A model generated the notes under the pieces. The model saw only the letters and a list, made by a program, of their open reading frames with translations, did no database searches and was not told the DNA's origin. The position numbers and the translations under genes are program-made. From positions 68,388,001 through 68,452,000 of the forward strand of contig CM059438.1 of assembly GCA_030390025.1 (NCBI GenBank): a stretch of 64,000 nucleotides of DNA, written 5' to 3'. Source of the stretch: Squalus acanthias (taxonomy: Eukaryota). Positions 37,632-50,597 of this stretch are shown piece by piece (the stretch's first letter is position 1; each line of letters starts with the position of its first letter).

Positions 37632-38374
37632 GGGGTAAAAATTGAGTCGCGCCCCATTTGGGGCGCTAACCTCGCCGGGGCGCGACTTTTAGCGCCCCGA
37701 AAAAATTAGCGGCCCCGCGCCGGAACTTCAGTGGTTGCGCCCCAAGAGGGAAGCGGGGCGCCACTGGAAGCACCCCGCATCCCTCTTGGGGCGCTGCGAG
37801 GGAATATCCTGGCGCTACGTGCCGCGGTATTGCAGGCCTTCCTCCCCTTCTTAAAGGGGAGGGACCCTGCGCAGCGCGAACCGGGGCCCAGCTGGGCCCC
37901 CAGGGATCGGGAGTGCCGGCAAAAGAGCCCGGCATTCAAGAGAAGTGCCGGGCTCTTGGAGCGCAGCCGGCACTTCACGGTGGGGGGGCTTCACGGGGGC
38001 CGGGGACAGCAACGGGGGCAGGTGCTGGCAGGCGGCCAGCAACAAAAATGGCCGCCTGCCACCTCCCCTTTAAATATCGCCGCCCCGGCCGCACGTACGC
38101 CTCCCTGAACCCGTCGGACATAGCGTCTGGCGGTAAATCAGGGGGCGCGACTGAAGATCGCGGCTGGAGCGCGAGCGGGGTGCTGCGCACGGCGATGACG
38201 TCATCGCCGGCGGCGCAGCGCCACAGGGCGCTACCGGCTGGCGCCGCCGCTAACCTCCCGCTGAATTTTTCGGGAGGCGTGGGCGGCGCTGCGCCCGGGC
38301 GTTAGCTGCTTTACGCCCCATTAGCGCCCTCTTAAGGCGCTAACGGGAGGCGCAAGCAGCTGAATTTTTCCCCC
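37632..38374. mobile_element. Non-autonomous Harbinger-type TIR element (family M3), CpG-rich and apparently young
   Basis: Ends GGGGTAAAAATT / AATTTTTCCCCC; canonical TAA TSD (37629-37631, 38375-38377). Confidence 0.92.
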
Positions 38375-39347
38375 TAACAGTGTTATTAAATATCCCACCT
38401 AACGCTTCAAGAACAGGGTGAGAGTTGTCTGTCGGCACTGTTGTTTTCTTTGGCAATGTTAACTAGTTTTATTCTAAATGTCACTTCTTTTTCCATTTGA
38501 ACAAATATTAGATGTACATGAAACCCAATGTGAAACACTGACAGTTTTGAATGAATAAACTTGCGCAAACAGAATGTGCATCCTAAATGAAATTCTAGTT
38601 ATGTTTGAGGAGTGTTCACTTGAAGCTGGGCTTCAGACTTGAAGCTGGGCTCGAGACCTCTTTTCAGACCCCATCAAATGCCCGGACTGCAGAAAGGGGT
38701 TTGCCTGCAGGTCGGACCTGGCCAGGAACTGATATTTTCACACGGACGGGAAGCCCTACTGGTGCGTTGACTTTGGCAGGATTTCAGCCACCCCTCATGG
38801 ATCATGTGTCATGCATCTGATCTTTGCATAAGATTATCTGAGATTGTTTGATTGAACAAAAAGTGAACTGCATTGTTAATGCCTTTCTTGATCAGTACAC
38901 TTATCTAAACTAACTTAACTGGTGTAAGATCACTCACAGGTAGTCTAGGGGTCTGGAGCATAGTTCGAATATTTAGCTGCTAAGATCGGGCTGTGCTTAA
39001 CCTGAATTGTCTCTTTAAAGTCAACACTCAGGTACTTCCAGTCGCAAGTGGCCTCTTGTGTTTTAGCCTTTTGACCATTGAAAAGTAACATCTGGCATGT
39101 GAGGGCACATGCTGGACACACAACGAACGACGTTGCTTACGAGGTAGTCTGGGGTCTAAAGATCTGAAGTATGATTGTGATGCTTAGCTGCTGATCAGGT
39201 GTGTCCCTTTAAGATCACAGCTCAAGTAACCCAGTGGGAACCCAAGTAATTATAGTTGCTTGTAAATTATTGAGGTCAGTTAGAGCTTATGCTTGTTAAG
39301 TTCAGGCTCCAGCTCAGAAAAACCCATGAGATCCTGCAAGAAACAAT

Positions 39348-40112
39348 GGGCCAGAAATTCGGCTGTTGTCGGGTGAGTACGCGCTGTATACTCACCCGTA
39401 AGGCCATCTGAAGTGCCGGTTTCCTGCATGCACTGCGCATGCGCGGGAAACCGGAACTTCTGTTCCCCTGAAGGGAGGGGTTCAGAAATCGAACGCGTGC
39501 GCAGGAGAGGCTGTGCGCACACAGCAAACTTCGATTTTTTTTCAGGTTTCTCCGTGAGGGTAAGTATGAAGAAGCTGCGCTTTTAAAAAGGAGGTGCAAG
39601 GCCTGTCTTTAACAAGGTAAGTGGTTAATTAATTACAATTTTAAAAAATTTTCAACAGGTTTATCTTTTTTAGATACTTTAAAGAAAGGTAAGTTTATTT
39701 TTAGCACCGTTACAAATTATAATTCATTTATTCAAAAATTTTAAATTTTGTTTTAAAGTAGTTAATTTATTTAACTTACAGTTATTTTAAAAATGTGATT
39801 TTAAAAAAAAAATGTATTTGAAGTTTAAGTGTGGTTTTGGGGCCGATCTCTATTCATAGATTTGACAGGTCTTCCTGTCAAATCTATGAATGAAAATGCC
39901 CTGCTAGGATTGGCTCTCCATGGCCCACGTGATCCCAGGGGACGCTTCGAACTAACTGCGCCCCTGGGATACACAAGCACTGCGCGCCGGCAGCTGGAGG
40001 AGGCCCAGGACCCGAAGTCCTCGTGGGCCCGAAGCACAACTGCAGGCGCGGTGGGCAAGTACGCGCGCGATGCTTGCACCCGCAGGAAGCCTGAAAGCTG
40101 AATTTCTGGCCC
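39348..40112. mobile_element. Non-autonomous Harbinger-type TIR element (family M1)
   Basis: Perfect 13-bp TIR GGGCCAGAAATTC / GAATTTCTGGCCC; AAT TSD (39345-39347, 40113-40115). Confidence 0.92.
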
Positions 40113-40367
40113 AATGTGTTGTGCACTAGTGATTCGCACAATGGCTGCCTATTCTACTGCAATATAAAAGGCTTCATGGCCCTAGGATCAGGGTGCAAAG
40201 GGTTAACATGAATAGCAACATCTTTGACATGTTCTTTGTCAAGCTTTGGATTGTCTTGTCATTTGCTGGAGCTTTCTTTAGTTCATGTAGTGTTTCCAGT
40301 CCATTGATTACTTTTTTAAACACAATGCATTTCACATCTGTGTGAGTATCTTTAATAAAGAAAGAAA

Positions 40368-40818
40368 TACTTGCATTTTATATAGCGCCTTTCACGACCA
40401 CTAGACGTCTCAAAGTACTTTACAGCCAATGAAGTACTTTGAAGTGGAGTCACTGTAGTAATGTAGGAAACATGGCAGCCAATTTGCACACAGCAAGCTC
40501 CCACAAACAGCAATGTGATAATGACCAGATAATCTGTTTTTGTTATGTTGGTTGAGGGATAAATATTGGCCAGGACACCAGGGATAACTCCCCTGCTCTT
40601 CTTCGAAATAGTGCCATGGGGTCTTTTACGTCCACCTGAGAGAGCAGACGGGGCCTTAGTTTTAATGTCTCATCTGAAAGACGGCACCTCCAACAGTGCA
40701 GCACTCCCTCAGCACTGCATTGAAGTGTCAGCCTAGATTTTTGTGCTCAAGTCTCTGGCGTGGGACTTGAACCCACGACCTTCTGACTCAGAGGCGACAA
40801 CAGAGCCACAGCTGACAC
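40368..40818 (-). mobile_element. Near full-length tRNA-headed Deu-core SINE (SacSINE1-like) with L2-type tail
   Basis: Minus strand gtgtcagctgtggctc...ggtcgtgggttcaagtccc (B box)...tgagggagtgctgcactgttggaggtgccgtctttc (Deu core)...aaaggcgctatataaaatgcaag tail. Confidence 0.88.
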
Positions 40819-40936
40819 GATACATGATAAAGAACTGGAACGCATTCAAGATTGGTTTGCAGCTGCAATAATGCAACAGATGCATGCTAGAAGTAAAAAG
40901 TTTTGAATATAAGTACTAGTGAATCTCCAATGGCAT

Positions 40937-41135
40937 TGAATCATAGAATAATACAGTACAGAAAGAGGCAATTCAGCCCATCGTGCCTGTGCCAGCTCTT
41001 TGAAAGAGCTATCCAATTAGTCCCTGCTCTTTCCCCATAGCCCTGCAGTTTTTCCTTTTCAATATATATCCAATTCCCTTTTGAAAGTTACTATTGAATC
41101 TGCTTTCACCCCACCCTTTCAGGCAGTGCATTCCA
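40937..41135 (-). mobile_element. CR1 3' UTR fragment
   Basis: gaatcatagaa tail followed by the reverse complement of the CR1 3' UTR seen at 3470-3670. Confidence 0.8.
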
Positions 41136-42246
41136 GTCCATTGCTATGGTAAGTCAGAGGTTGATCTGTTTTCGAAAGGCAGGAATACCATGTAAAATAC
41201 AATTGGTTATTCTGTGGATTGATTAATAAGGACTGGATTAGTTCATTGAAAGGTTAATTCCTATACAAGTTAGAGATCAAAATCCGGTCTTTGTTTGTGG
41301 GAAGGTTAATTAAAAGCTTGTGTTCATTGTGGCTCTAGTATTTCTTGTTTATGGAAAGCGTTCTGCATATATTAAAACTGGTTGCTTTTATTTCTTTATA
41401 TATTTTTTAAAGTGTGAAGCAGAAATTTGTATTATAGGGTGTGTGATTGCTAAACGGTGACTGATATCTGCTCATGATGATGAAGCGGTGGAACAGATGG
41501 TGTTGGGGACAAATGCACATTTCCAGTGGGAAAAATAAGAGATCTCCTCAGAAATACATAAAACTTTTGAACAGATCAACTGCACTTATTGTTATCCAAA
41601 TTATTGTACTTAAATATGTAAGTTTAAATCAGGACTTTGTTTTAGAACCTCCCTCCAAGCTTAAATAATTGTGCAGTCCTTCCAGAACTTGTTACATGTT
41701 TGGTGAAACTGGTTGTTGTTGAATTTTGAATGGAAAAAAAAGCAAGTCTGCTGCTATAACCTTTCAGAATAAATTCCTAGTGGATTCCTTTCCCACTCAT
41801 CCATTTTCATCCCAGCTTTATCTATATTTGGTTCTCTTACTGTACTTGAAAACTATATCAAGGGAAGCCTCAATTTGTAAATCGTACACACATTTTATGC
41901 TTTCAAAGTTACCTCAGAAAAAGTTTGGAATTTGGATTTTTACCTTGTTTTTGATGTTTTATATAAAAGATCAAATTGCTTTAATGGCTTGCAAGTTCTG
42001 TTCTCATCATTTTCCATTGATACATCAGAGTGAAGGATGGGGCAGGGGTTACACACAGCAAGCCCTGGCACACTCTGTGTTTGGCCAATCCTGCTGCAAA
42101 TCATAGACAATTCTAGACATTGTATGTACAGATGCTGACAGCTAGCTTGGTCCTCTTCAGCTAATAGGGGAATATGGGAACTTAAGGCTCAGGCTTCACA
42201 AAGACCCAAACCTCTGACAGAAAACAGTATTGCAAGCATTTCAAAT

Positions 42247-43767
42247 ACAACAACAACTTGTATTTATATAGCACCTTTATCATAGTAAAATGTCCCAAGG
42301 CGCTTCACAGGAGTATTATAAGACAAAATATTTGACACCAAGATCCATAAGATGAAATTAGGGCAGGTGAGGAAGGTTATAAGGAGCATCTTAAAGGAGG
42401 AAAGAGAGGTGGAGAAGTTTAGGCAGGGAATTCCAGAGCTGAGGGCTTAGGCAACAGAAGGCACGGCCACCAATGGTTGAGCGATTATAATCAGGGATGC
42501 TCAAGGGGGCAGAATTAGAGGAGCGTAGATATCTCGGGGGGTTGTGGGGCTGGAGGAGATTACAGAGATGGGGAGGGGTGTGGCCATGGGGGGATTTAAA
42601 AACAAGGATGAGAATTTTGAAATTGAGGCGTTGCTTAACCGGGAGCCAATGTAGGTCAGCGAGTACAGAGGTGATGGGCGAACGGGACTTGGTGCGAGTT
42701 AAGACATGGGCAGCCGAGTTTTGGATGACCTCAAGTTTACGTAGGGTAGAATGTGGGAGGCCAGCCAGGAAGTGTGTTGGAATAGTCAAGTCTAGAGGTA
42801 ACAAAGGCATGGGTGAGGGTTTCAGCAGCGGATAAGCTGAGGCAAGGGCGGAGACGGCGACGGAGTGGAAATAGGCAGTCAAGGACTTTGGAGAGGAAAG
42901 GGAGGTTGGAGATGTGCCGGTAGTTTGCAAGGATGGAGGGGTCAAGGGTTAGTTTTTTGAGGAGAGGGGTGATGACGGCAGATTTGAGGGAGAGGGGGAC
43001 AGTACCTGAGCAGAGAGAACCATTAACAATGTCAGCTAACATGGGAGCCAGAATGGGAAGTTGGGTGGTCAGCAGTTTGGTGGGAATATGGTCGAGGGAG
43101 CAAGAAGTAGGTCTCATGGACAAGATGAGCAAGGAGAGGTCATGAGGGGAGATCGGAGAGAAACTGGAGAAAGATGTCAGTCCAGGGCTAGGGCAGGGAG
43201 GAACCTTAGAGGAAGTTTGGCCCAGTGGGCTAGGGGAACGAAGGGAAGTTGCAGAGGCAGCTGAACGGATGGTCTCAATCTTAGAGACAAAAAAGTCCCT
43301 GTGCTCCTCACACCTGTTGTCGGAGGTGAGGGTGGATGAGACGGGTGATAGGGGTTTAAGAAGATGGGGTTTATCTTTGCATTCCAGAATGATTCTGGAA
43401 TAGTGAGCAATTTTGGCAGACGAGAGCAGGACCCGATAATGCTTTTTGTGGTCCAGCCAGATCTGGCGGTGAATGGCTAAACCAGTTGTCCGCCGTATCC
43501 ATTCAAGTCTGCATCCCTTGGACTTAAGGGAGCGAAGATGACGGCTGTACCAGGGGGAGCAGCCAAGGTGAGAGAGAGTAGTAATTTTAATAGGGACTAG
43601 GCCATCAAAGGTGGTGGTGAGGGTATGGTTGAGCAGATCGGTAGCTGCAGAAATGTTGTGGTAAATGGAAGGCCAAAGGCTGGACAGTTGGGATTTCATA
43701 AGTGCAGTTGGGAGAGAGTTGGGAGAGAGTTTTTTCCAGGGACGGACACAGAAGGAAGTAGGGTTGC
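42247..43767 (-). mobile_element. L2 LINE 3' 1.5 kb with RT core deleted
   Basis: SPWY...TSCSLDHIPTKLL...LKSAVITPLLKK...NYRHISNLPFLSKVL fused directly to AETLTHAFVTSRLDYSN; LHWLPVKQRLNFKIL; (aac)n tail. Confidence 0.9.
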
Positions 43768-43993
43768 AGAAAATCCTGTTGTATAAGGTTTAACCATTTT
43801 ATTGTAATTTTTAAAATGCATTTATTATATTACCAACCTTATTTCCAGTAGTCAACATTTAGCTTAGTGAATAGCTCAAGATGGTAGCCAAAAGAATTTA
43901 AAAATAATATTTGGAACTAATTGATTTCTTCCATTTCCCTTTCTCCTTTCTTTTATTGGTAGATTTTGGTGACTGCTCCTACCTGACTCATTG

Positions 43994-44580
43994 AGGGGAA
44001 TTTTAATCCCCAAAAGCAGGTGAGTTTAGGTCGGGTGGGCTGTGAAAATTTTAAAAATCTCAAAACCCAACCCAACCCGTCCACTTCCGGTTTTAACGGG
44101 GGCGGGCGGCCAACCCGCTCCCAGGAGGCGGGTTGGTCATTTAAATATTATAATGAGGCTGCGTTCCTCAGATTTTCCAGGTTTAACCCTGGCCGGCCGG
44201 GTTTCCCGGGCCTTCGGAAATCCGGCAGCTAAAGGGAGGTGAGGACAGCTGCATGGAAGAGGTAAGTGCTTTACCAGCACTGCTTGTGGGCCAGGAGGAG
44301 CAGTAGTGCTTTTTCCCCGGACCCCCAAGCTTACCTGTTCCCCGCCCACCCAGGCTCGGACCTTCCCTCACAGGATCTGGATTCATCCTCACCCACCCAC
44401 CCACCTCGCTACCACTAACCCACCTGTAGACTCCCTACCTGCTCCTGGCCTGCGGCCTCCTCCAGTGCGTTCCCCATCTGACAGGGAGCCAAGCCACCCG
44501 TTTTACACGTCGCCTGATTTTACTTTCCATCGGAAAACGTGCAAAACGAGCAGGCAATCTAATCGGGTCAATTTCCCACC
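43994..44580. mobile_element. Degenerate non-autonomous Harbinger-type element
   Basis: Ends ggggaattttaa / tcaatttcccacc; GGAGGCGGG motif; GC-rich interior. Confidence 0.55.
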
Positions 44581-44661
44581 GGAAAACTACCCCCAAGGTT
44601 TATTGTGTGCGTACTGGTTGACCTTTTGTGGCATTGCTCACGATGCGTCTAAAGATTTGCA

Positions 44662-44800
44662 CCTGGAATTTCCACGGGGATTTTCCCGATCTCCCACCGT
44701 AACTTTGATAGAAATGGCTGTTTGCGCTGTTTCTCCAGGCTTCTGCCGATCACCCGCTAAAGTTACGGCAGGAGATTGCTAGAAATCCCCGTGGGAACTC
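44662..44800. mobile_element. Short palindromic MITE
   Basis: ccacggggatttt..gatctcccaccgtaacttt pairs with aaagttacggcaggagatt..aaatccccgtgg; resembles 51053-51226. Confidence 0.65.
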
Positions 44801-47469
44801 TATCCACGCTATTTTGTAACAACAAGGCTGTTACATATCATAAAATGTATTATTATTACAACCAACGATTTATGGTGACTAAATAAGTCAAGTTCCATTT
44901 GCATTTCACGGGGACACGTCTAGCGATTAGATTAAACATTTTACGCAGCAGTGTTTAATTTTTCATGAGTATCTTGTGTTATAAATGTTACTTTTGCTTG
45001 TAAATTAGCAGGTGTGAGAGGATGTCAACAAAGCAGCTCGAACCAGGTTCAGAAAATGTTGGTGAGCTTTGATTGGTTCTTTTACTGCAGAGTTTTGGTC
45101 ACTGTTTATCCTTGATTGCATATGTGCTTATTGCTTCTTGGTAGCTTTCCAGTTACTTAACTTTATTTTTGATTTGTGCATTCTCTACTGACTGATTAGT
45201 TGCTACTTAATGAATATGACATTTGAGCCAATCAGAGGGAGTAATGGAAAGGACCTGCACACTATTTTCAATAAGACTAGTGGTTATCCTGTGGCATTGT
45301 TCATCTTAATTTAATGATAATGCTATTTAATAAGGACAGGAGCATTATGTAATAACCAACAGTATTATTCCGCTGCTAAGGTGAAGCTGTGTTTAAGTTG
45401 GCTTGGCCCTTTAAAGCCAGAAATTCTGATTGCCATAAGTAAATACAGCCAGATAACACTTGAGTTTAACTTTTGTTTGTTCAGGCAACTTTGCAAATTT
45501 GAATGTGACTCCAGTCCCAGATTAGAAAAGTTCAGGTTGGAGCGTAGGAGCACCCAAGCTTTTTAAGGTTGTTTTACATCGATTTTAATATATTATGAAA
45601 GGTAGATTAGATACACGGAGACATAGAATTAAACAATATAACAATAAGCTCAATGCAGATAAAGATGAGACCAATTAATGGGATGCCCCAGTGGAATTGA
45701 AATCATGACATTAATCCAATGATTCTCAATAAGCAAATGCATTAGGAACACATTTGCGAAGATTAAAATGGCTAATCCTTAAATAACATCGAATACGTGA
45801 TAAGCCAAACTGTTACTCAGGGATATCACAAATTATTTTAACCTCTTCAAATATGTTCATCTTTAATTTAGGCATCTTGAATTATTTCAAGACATGGTAA
45901 AACATTTTAGCCTAGTCCTGGAATTATACTTGTTAAATTATTAAGGAAACCTTAAACTGCAATCTTAAATGAGATGCTCAGAATTTAATTATAATACTTT
46001 TAAATATAACTGCAGATATCTTCTGATTGATTTTGACATTACTCATCATCATTTCATTTTAAGATATCTCTACTTCATCTTAAAATACCTTTAAAAGATA
46101 TTAAATGACAGTTTGGTTGACCTTGTAAGTGAATGTCATTGAGAGCTGCGTGAATCTGATTTCATAGCTCTTCGAATGACATCTGTCTGATTTGGAAAAT
46201 AAATTTTGAAATATTCTGGTAATGAGCTATAGATATCAGTTTTGAATAATCTACAAAGCTGCCTGTATCTGTTACACATAATTACCAGTATCTATAAAAA
46301 TTAACATGGCATATTTAACAATGATTTGGGAAGCTATCATAAAAAAGATTCGTAGACATCCATAATTCACGAAAGACAGCTTGATGTCTTCAATTTACTT
46401 TAATAGGAGCTTTAATTCTGTCTTTCAATGTCCAATGTATCTGAATATTTGGAGAAAAATTTACATCCATTTCACTGTTTCTGAAAATCTGGCTTGGCAT
46501 ATATATATTTGCGAGCTGGTGCCATTTTGTTAAACAGTCCCCTTTCACTCTCTGTGATTGGCATCTTATCTACCCTAGTTTACTTGTGATGAGATACATG
46601 TCTGACTGAAATCATAAATCTTTTACTTTGTGATAAATAATTGGCTGTAAAATTTGACAAATTTTTGGAATGTGTGGTGATAATAGATCAGCCGCTGTCT
46701 GGGACCGCAAAACAAGCTTATCTGCACATAATGTTTTGCTCATCAGACAGATGGACTGGTACAGCACAGTATAAATTTCTGTTGGCCTGCTCTTGAAACC
46801 ATAAACCAAATGAAGAGTTGTATTCGTGATTTTTGTTAAAAGGTAGCATTTGATAAATTACATATTAAACCACAGCCACTAAAAGAAATGTTTTGTTACG
46901 AAAAGTTTCATTTAACAATGGGGACGATTTGCGTCTTGTTACCATTCCATTTACATTCCATAATGAGGCAGCAGCACCCTGAAACTAAAACGGCTGTGAG
47001 TCTTGCCCACTTTCTCCTGCTTTTTAGTACAGTCCTATTTTTTGGATGGAGATAAACCCGAGTGGCCAGAGGTCCTGTTTGAAGCAGACAAGGAGGATCG
47101 TTCATACGTGCAGCTTGGGGTGAAGTGACGTCACTCAGGTCCCAACACCACTTTATGCCCTCACCTCCAGTTTCTGCTCCTGCCCACCAACCACGAGCAG
47201 TAAAACGCCTGGAGGTGGCCATTTGGAGCGATATTTAAAAAGATCCTCCAGATAAAGCTGTTCACAGTTTTTGGAGAGGTTTTTCTTGCAGTAGGTTGTT
47301 GGTCCTTTCACCTTCAAGCGCTTTCACATCCTTGAAGTTGTTGCTGCAATTTCTGATCTCATGTTGTCGGCTGCTCCCACAGTGTTGCTTCTCTCTGTGC
47401 CTCACCAAAAGCGCACCTCCCCTTTAAGCTGCTGCAGCAGGCTGTAGAACAGTAGCTGCACTGCCTGCT

Positions 47470-48365
47470 TTACCATCGCCAGATAGGCAAGATGCCCTGG
47501 GATGTCACTTTTGATTTTGATTAAGGTTGTTTCAGAGCTTGTGGCAGGGGTGCAAACCTGATTGGCGAGATTCAAACATGGAGTTGTGGGAAATATAGTT
47601 ACGTTTTTGGGAGGCAACAACATGTTCCAAGGACTTTGGAGAGGACAGGGAGGTTCGAGATGGGGGTGGTAGTTTTCATGGACAGAGGGGTCGGGGGTTT
47701 ATTTTTGAGGATGGGGTGTTGATAGTGATTTTGAAAGGGAGGGGGGGGCAGTACTTGAGGAGAAGGAACCATTTATAATGACGACTAGCATGGCGGGGCA
47801 GGAACGGGAGTTGGATGGTCAGCTGTTTTACTGGGAATAGGATCAAGGGAGCAGGAGTTGGATCTCATGGACAAGATGAGCTTGGAGAGGGCACGAGGGG
47901 AGATAGCAGAGCAACTAGAAAAAGACACAGGATCAGGGCTCGGGAACGGGAAAGCATTGAGGTGGTTTGGCTTGGTGGGGAAGGCAGCAGAGGTAGTTGA
48001 ACAGACGGTCTCAATCTTCAAGACAAAGAAGTCCATGAGTTCCTCATGCTTGTTGGAGGTTCAGGTGTAAGGGACAGGGGAACAGGGTTTAAGGAAACAG
48101 TTAGTAGAGGAGAAAAGAGGCCGGGGCTTATCTTTACTCACCAGGATGATCCTGGAGTAGTGAACAGTTTTGGCTGTGGAGAGTGAGGCTCAATAACTCT
48201 TGATGTGGTCCAGCCAGGTATGGTGGTGAATAGTTAAACCATTTATGCACTGGATACAATCAAGTCTGCACCTCTTGGATTAGTGGGAACAAAGGTAAAA
48301 TCAGGGGAAGCAATCATGATGGGAGAGAGCAAAGGTTTTATTGTTGGCAAGGGCATCAAAGGTAT
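47470..48365 (-). mobile_element. L2 LINE internal fragment
   Basis: MDFFVLKIETV...LSKLILSMRSNSCSLDPIPSK; SSETTLIKIKSDI; colinear with 42880-43610. Confidence 0.8.
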
Positions 48366-48941
48366 GTATACAGTGCTGAAAATTATTGAGTACATTTGAA
48401 AGTTTAAGTATCACCTGCACAAGGCTACCTTACCAGGACAGTATGATCTACTTGGATTGAAATAGGATTGAATAGGCCAGAAAGCCAGAAAGGAAAATAC
48501 CACAGTAAACCATCTGAGTTGTGGTGCTGTAAGTATGTGCTTTGTAACAGATTGGGATGAAATTCACCTTTGGTTGGGATGCAAAATGGGTGGTGGCAAA
48601 TCGGCCGCCCGTTATACATCCAGCCTGGTTCTCCTTTCCATTGAAGTCAATTGGCTATCACCCATTTTGTGCCCGAGTACAGTGAGTCCTGATCTACAAG
48701 GGTTTTTCACTCATTAGAGGGTAGTGCTGATTCAAAGGGGGAAGAGAAAAATTCGAGGGTGAATCAGCCTGGACCGCTCTTACACTACTCAACTGAAGGA
48801 GGTGCATTGGCGTGGACTTGTGAACAGAAAATCTTACTATCACTTGACTTGATGGACAGCGTGTGACACATGAGGGCCGAAAGAAGGGAAAGAAAGTGTA
48901 AACTAGGGATTTTAAGCAGAGCTTTTATTGATTGTTTCTAA

Positions 48942-49687
48942 GGGCTGGATTTTCATAGGGCCGTGGAGGCGGGTTTGGAGGCGTGTGGGGGGTTAAAATT
49001 GCGAAAAGTGGCGGGCGGACCTGATCCCGCCTCCATTCCGCCTCCACGCAATTTTGATAAAATCGTGTGCGGTGTTCCCGACTCCGTCCCGCCTCCAAGA
49101 GGCGGGAGAGGCCATTAAAGCCCTTAACAAGCCCTAAATTGGCTCTGTAATGCCATTTTGAAACATTTTAGCTAGTTTTACCCTTTTCCGATGTGAAGCA
49201 CGCCTGATGTGAAACACGCCAGTGAAACCTGGCGGGAGCACATTTGGATAGCTGGCTATCAACTGCAGGTCCACTATTACAACGGAGATGTGATGAAGGT
49301 AGTATTAGTATTAGGTCTGAAAGTCGCATCTGATGCAGCTGCATTGAATGTCTTCAGAGACTGCCTGGCCTTTGCTGTGAGAGGACCTGGATGCAAAAAA
49401 AATTCTCTCTCTCTCTCTCTCTCTCTGAGCTCATTTTGTATCCAGGTCCTCTCACAGCAAAGGCCAGGCAGTCTCTGAAGACCTTCAATGCAGCAGCAAT
49501 GATGACATCATCAGAGGCGACTTTCAGACTGAAACCACTAATTAGTTCATGGGTTCCCACATGCTGGAACTCAATTGCCCAATTAAGTGAAAATTGCATC
49601 AATCTCCCACATCCAAATGTAGTCGGGTGGATAACACGAAATGCGGATGACACGACCCCAACCTGCCCCAGTATCAAAACCCAGCCC
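48942..49687. mobile_element. Non-autonomous Harbinger-type TIR element (family M2) with internal foldback
   Basis: Ends GGGCTGGATTTT / AAAACCCAGCCC; TAA TSD (48939-48941, 49688-49690). Confidence 0.9.
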
Positions 49688-50263
49688 TAATTGTCTAAAT
49701 CCAGCCTAATTGTCTGAAATTTATGCGATTTGCTTGATACGGTTTTGCAGAAGCTTTCAATTCAACACAGGCTTTGTGTGTAAACAAACCTGTTCATTCA
49801 TACTCATTTAAAAATATTACATACTTTGTTTCTATTTTTCAGAGCACACTCCAGTTCTATAAACGCATTTGCAATCTGTCCCACCTATTACACATTTCTC
49901 CAGTGTTGTCAATTCAGTCATGTGGAACGGATAGGCATATAAGAAATACAGCGAGTCATTTTAACAATGCTGTGAATGCTGAAGTTGACAACGTATCATG
50001 GGCTATCATTTGGAGAAACCTGCGTGAAAGCAGTTCACTTTAGCAAAAAGCTAAGAATTTCAAGACAAGCTATTGATGGTGAATCCTAAGTCGTTCAGCT
50101 GACTTGTCAGTAAAAAAGGTTTCGTGAAGTTTGGAAACAATGATTAAAAGATTCAGTGGAGCAAACTGAAGTGATGCAGTCGAAGCCTCGAGATTAAACT
50201 TTAACATAATCTGTTATTGTGAAAAACTTGGGTTTCCATTGTAATTTTTTTTGTTCAAGTGTT

Positions 50264-50597
50264 ATAGAGAGAAACTGTTCCCATTGGCGGAGGGGTCGAG
50301 AACCAGAGGTCACAGATTTAAGGGGATTGGCAAAAGAACCAAAGGCGACGTGAGGAAACCTTTTTCACGTAGTGAGTGGTTAGGATCGGGAATTCACTGC
50401 CTGAAAGGGTGGTGGAGGCAGATTCAATAATGGCTTTCAAAAGGGAATTGGATAAGTACCTGAAGGAAAAAAAATTGCAGGGCTCGGGGGAAAGGGCGGG
50501 AGAGTGGGAACTAGCTGAAATGCTCTTGCAGAGACCTGGCATGGGCTCAATGGGCCGAATGGCCTCCTTCTGTGCTGTAACCATTCTATGATTCTAG
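50264..50597 (+). mobile_element. CR1 3' end
   Basis: KLFPLAEGSRTRGHRFK...NSLPERVVEADSIMAFKRELDKYLK; attctatgattcta tail. Confidence 0.88.

Noticed and set aside
37666..38305. Overlapping Ala/Gly/Pro/Arg-rich ORFs and CpG-island-like composition (also 28030-28624, 52920-53444)
   Set aside because: Interiors of GC-rich non-autonomous transposons with no recognisable domains; not evidence of a host promoter
45012..45061. Candidate small host exons with plausible splice sites (also about 1112, about 49843, and minus strand near 36157)
   Set aside because: Translations are not recognisable and such sites arise by chance; cannot be supported without RNA or homology data
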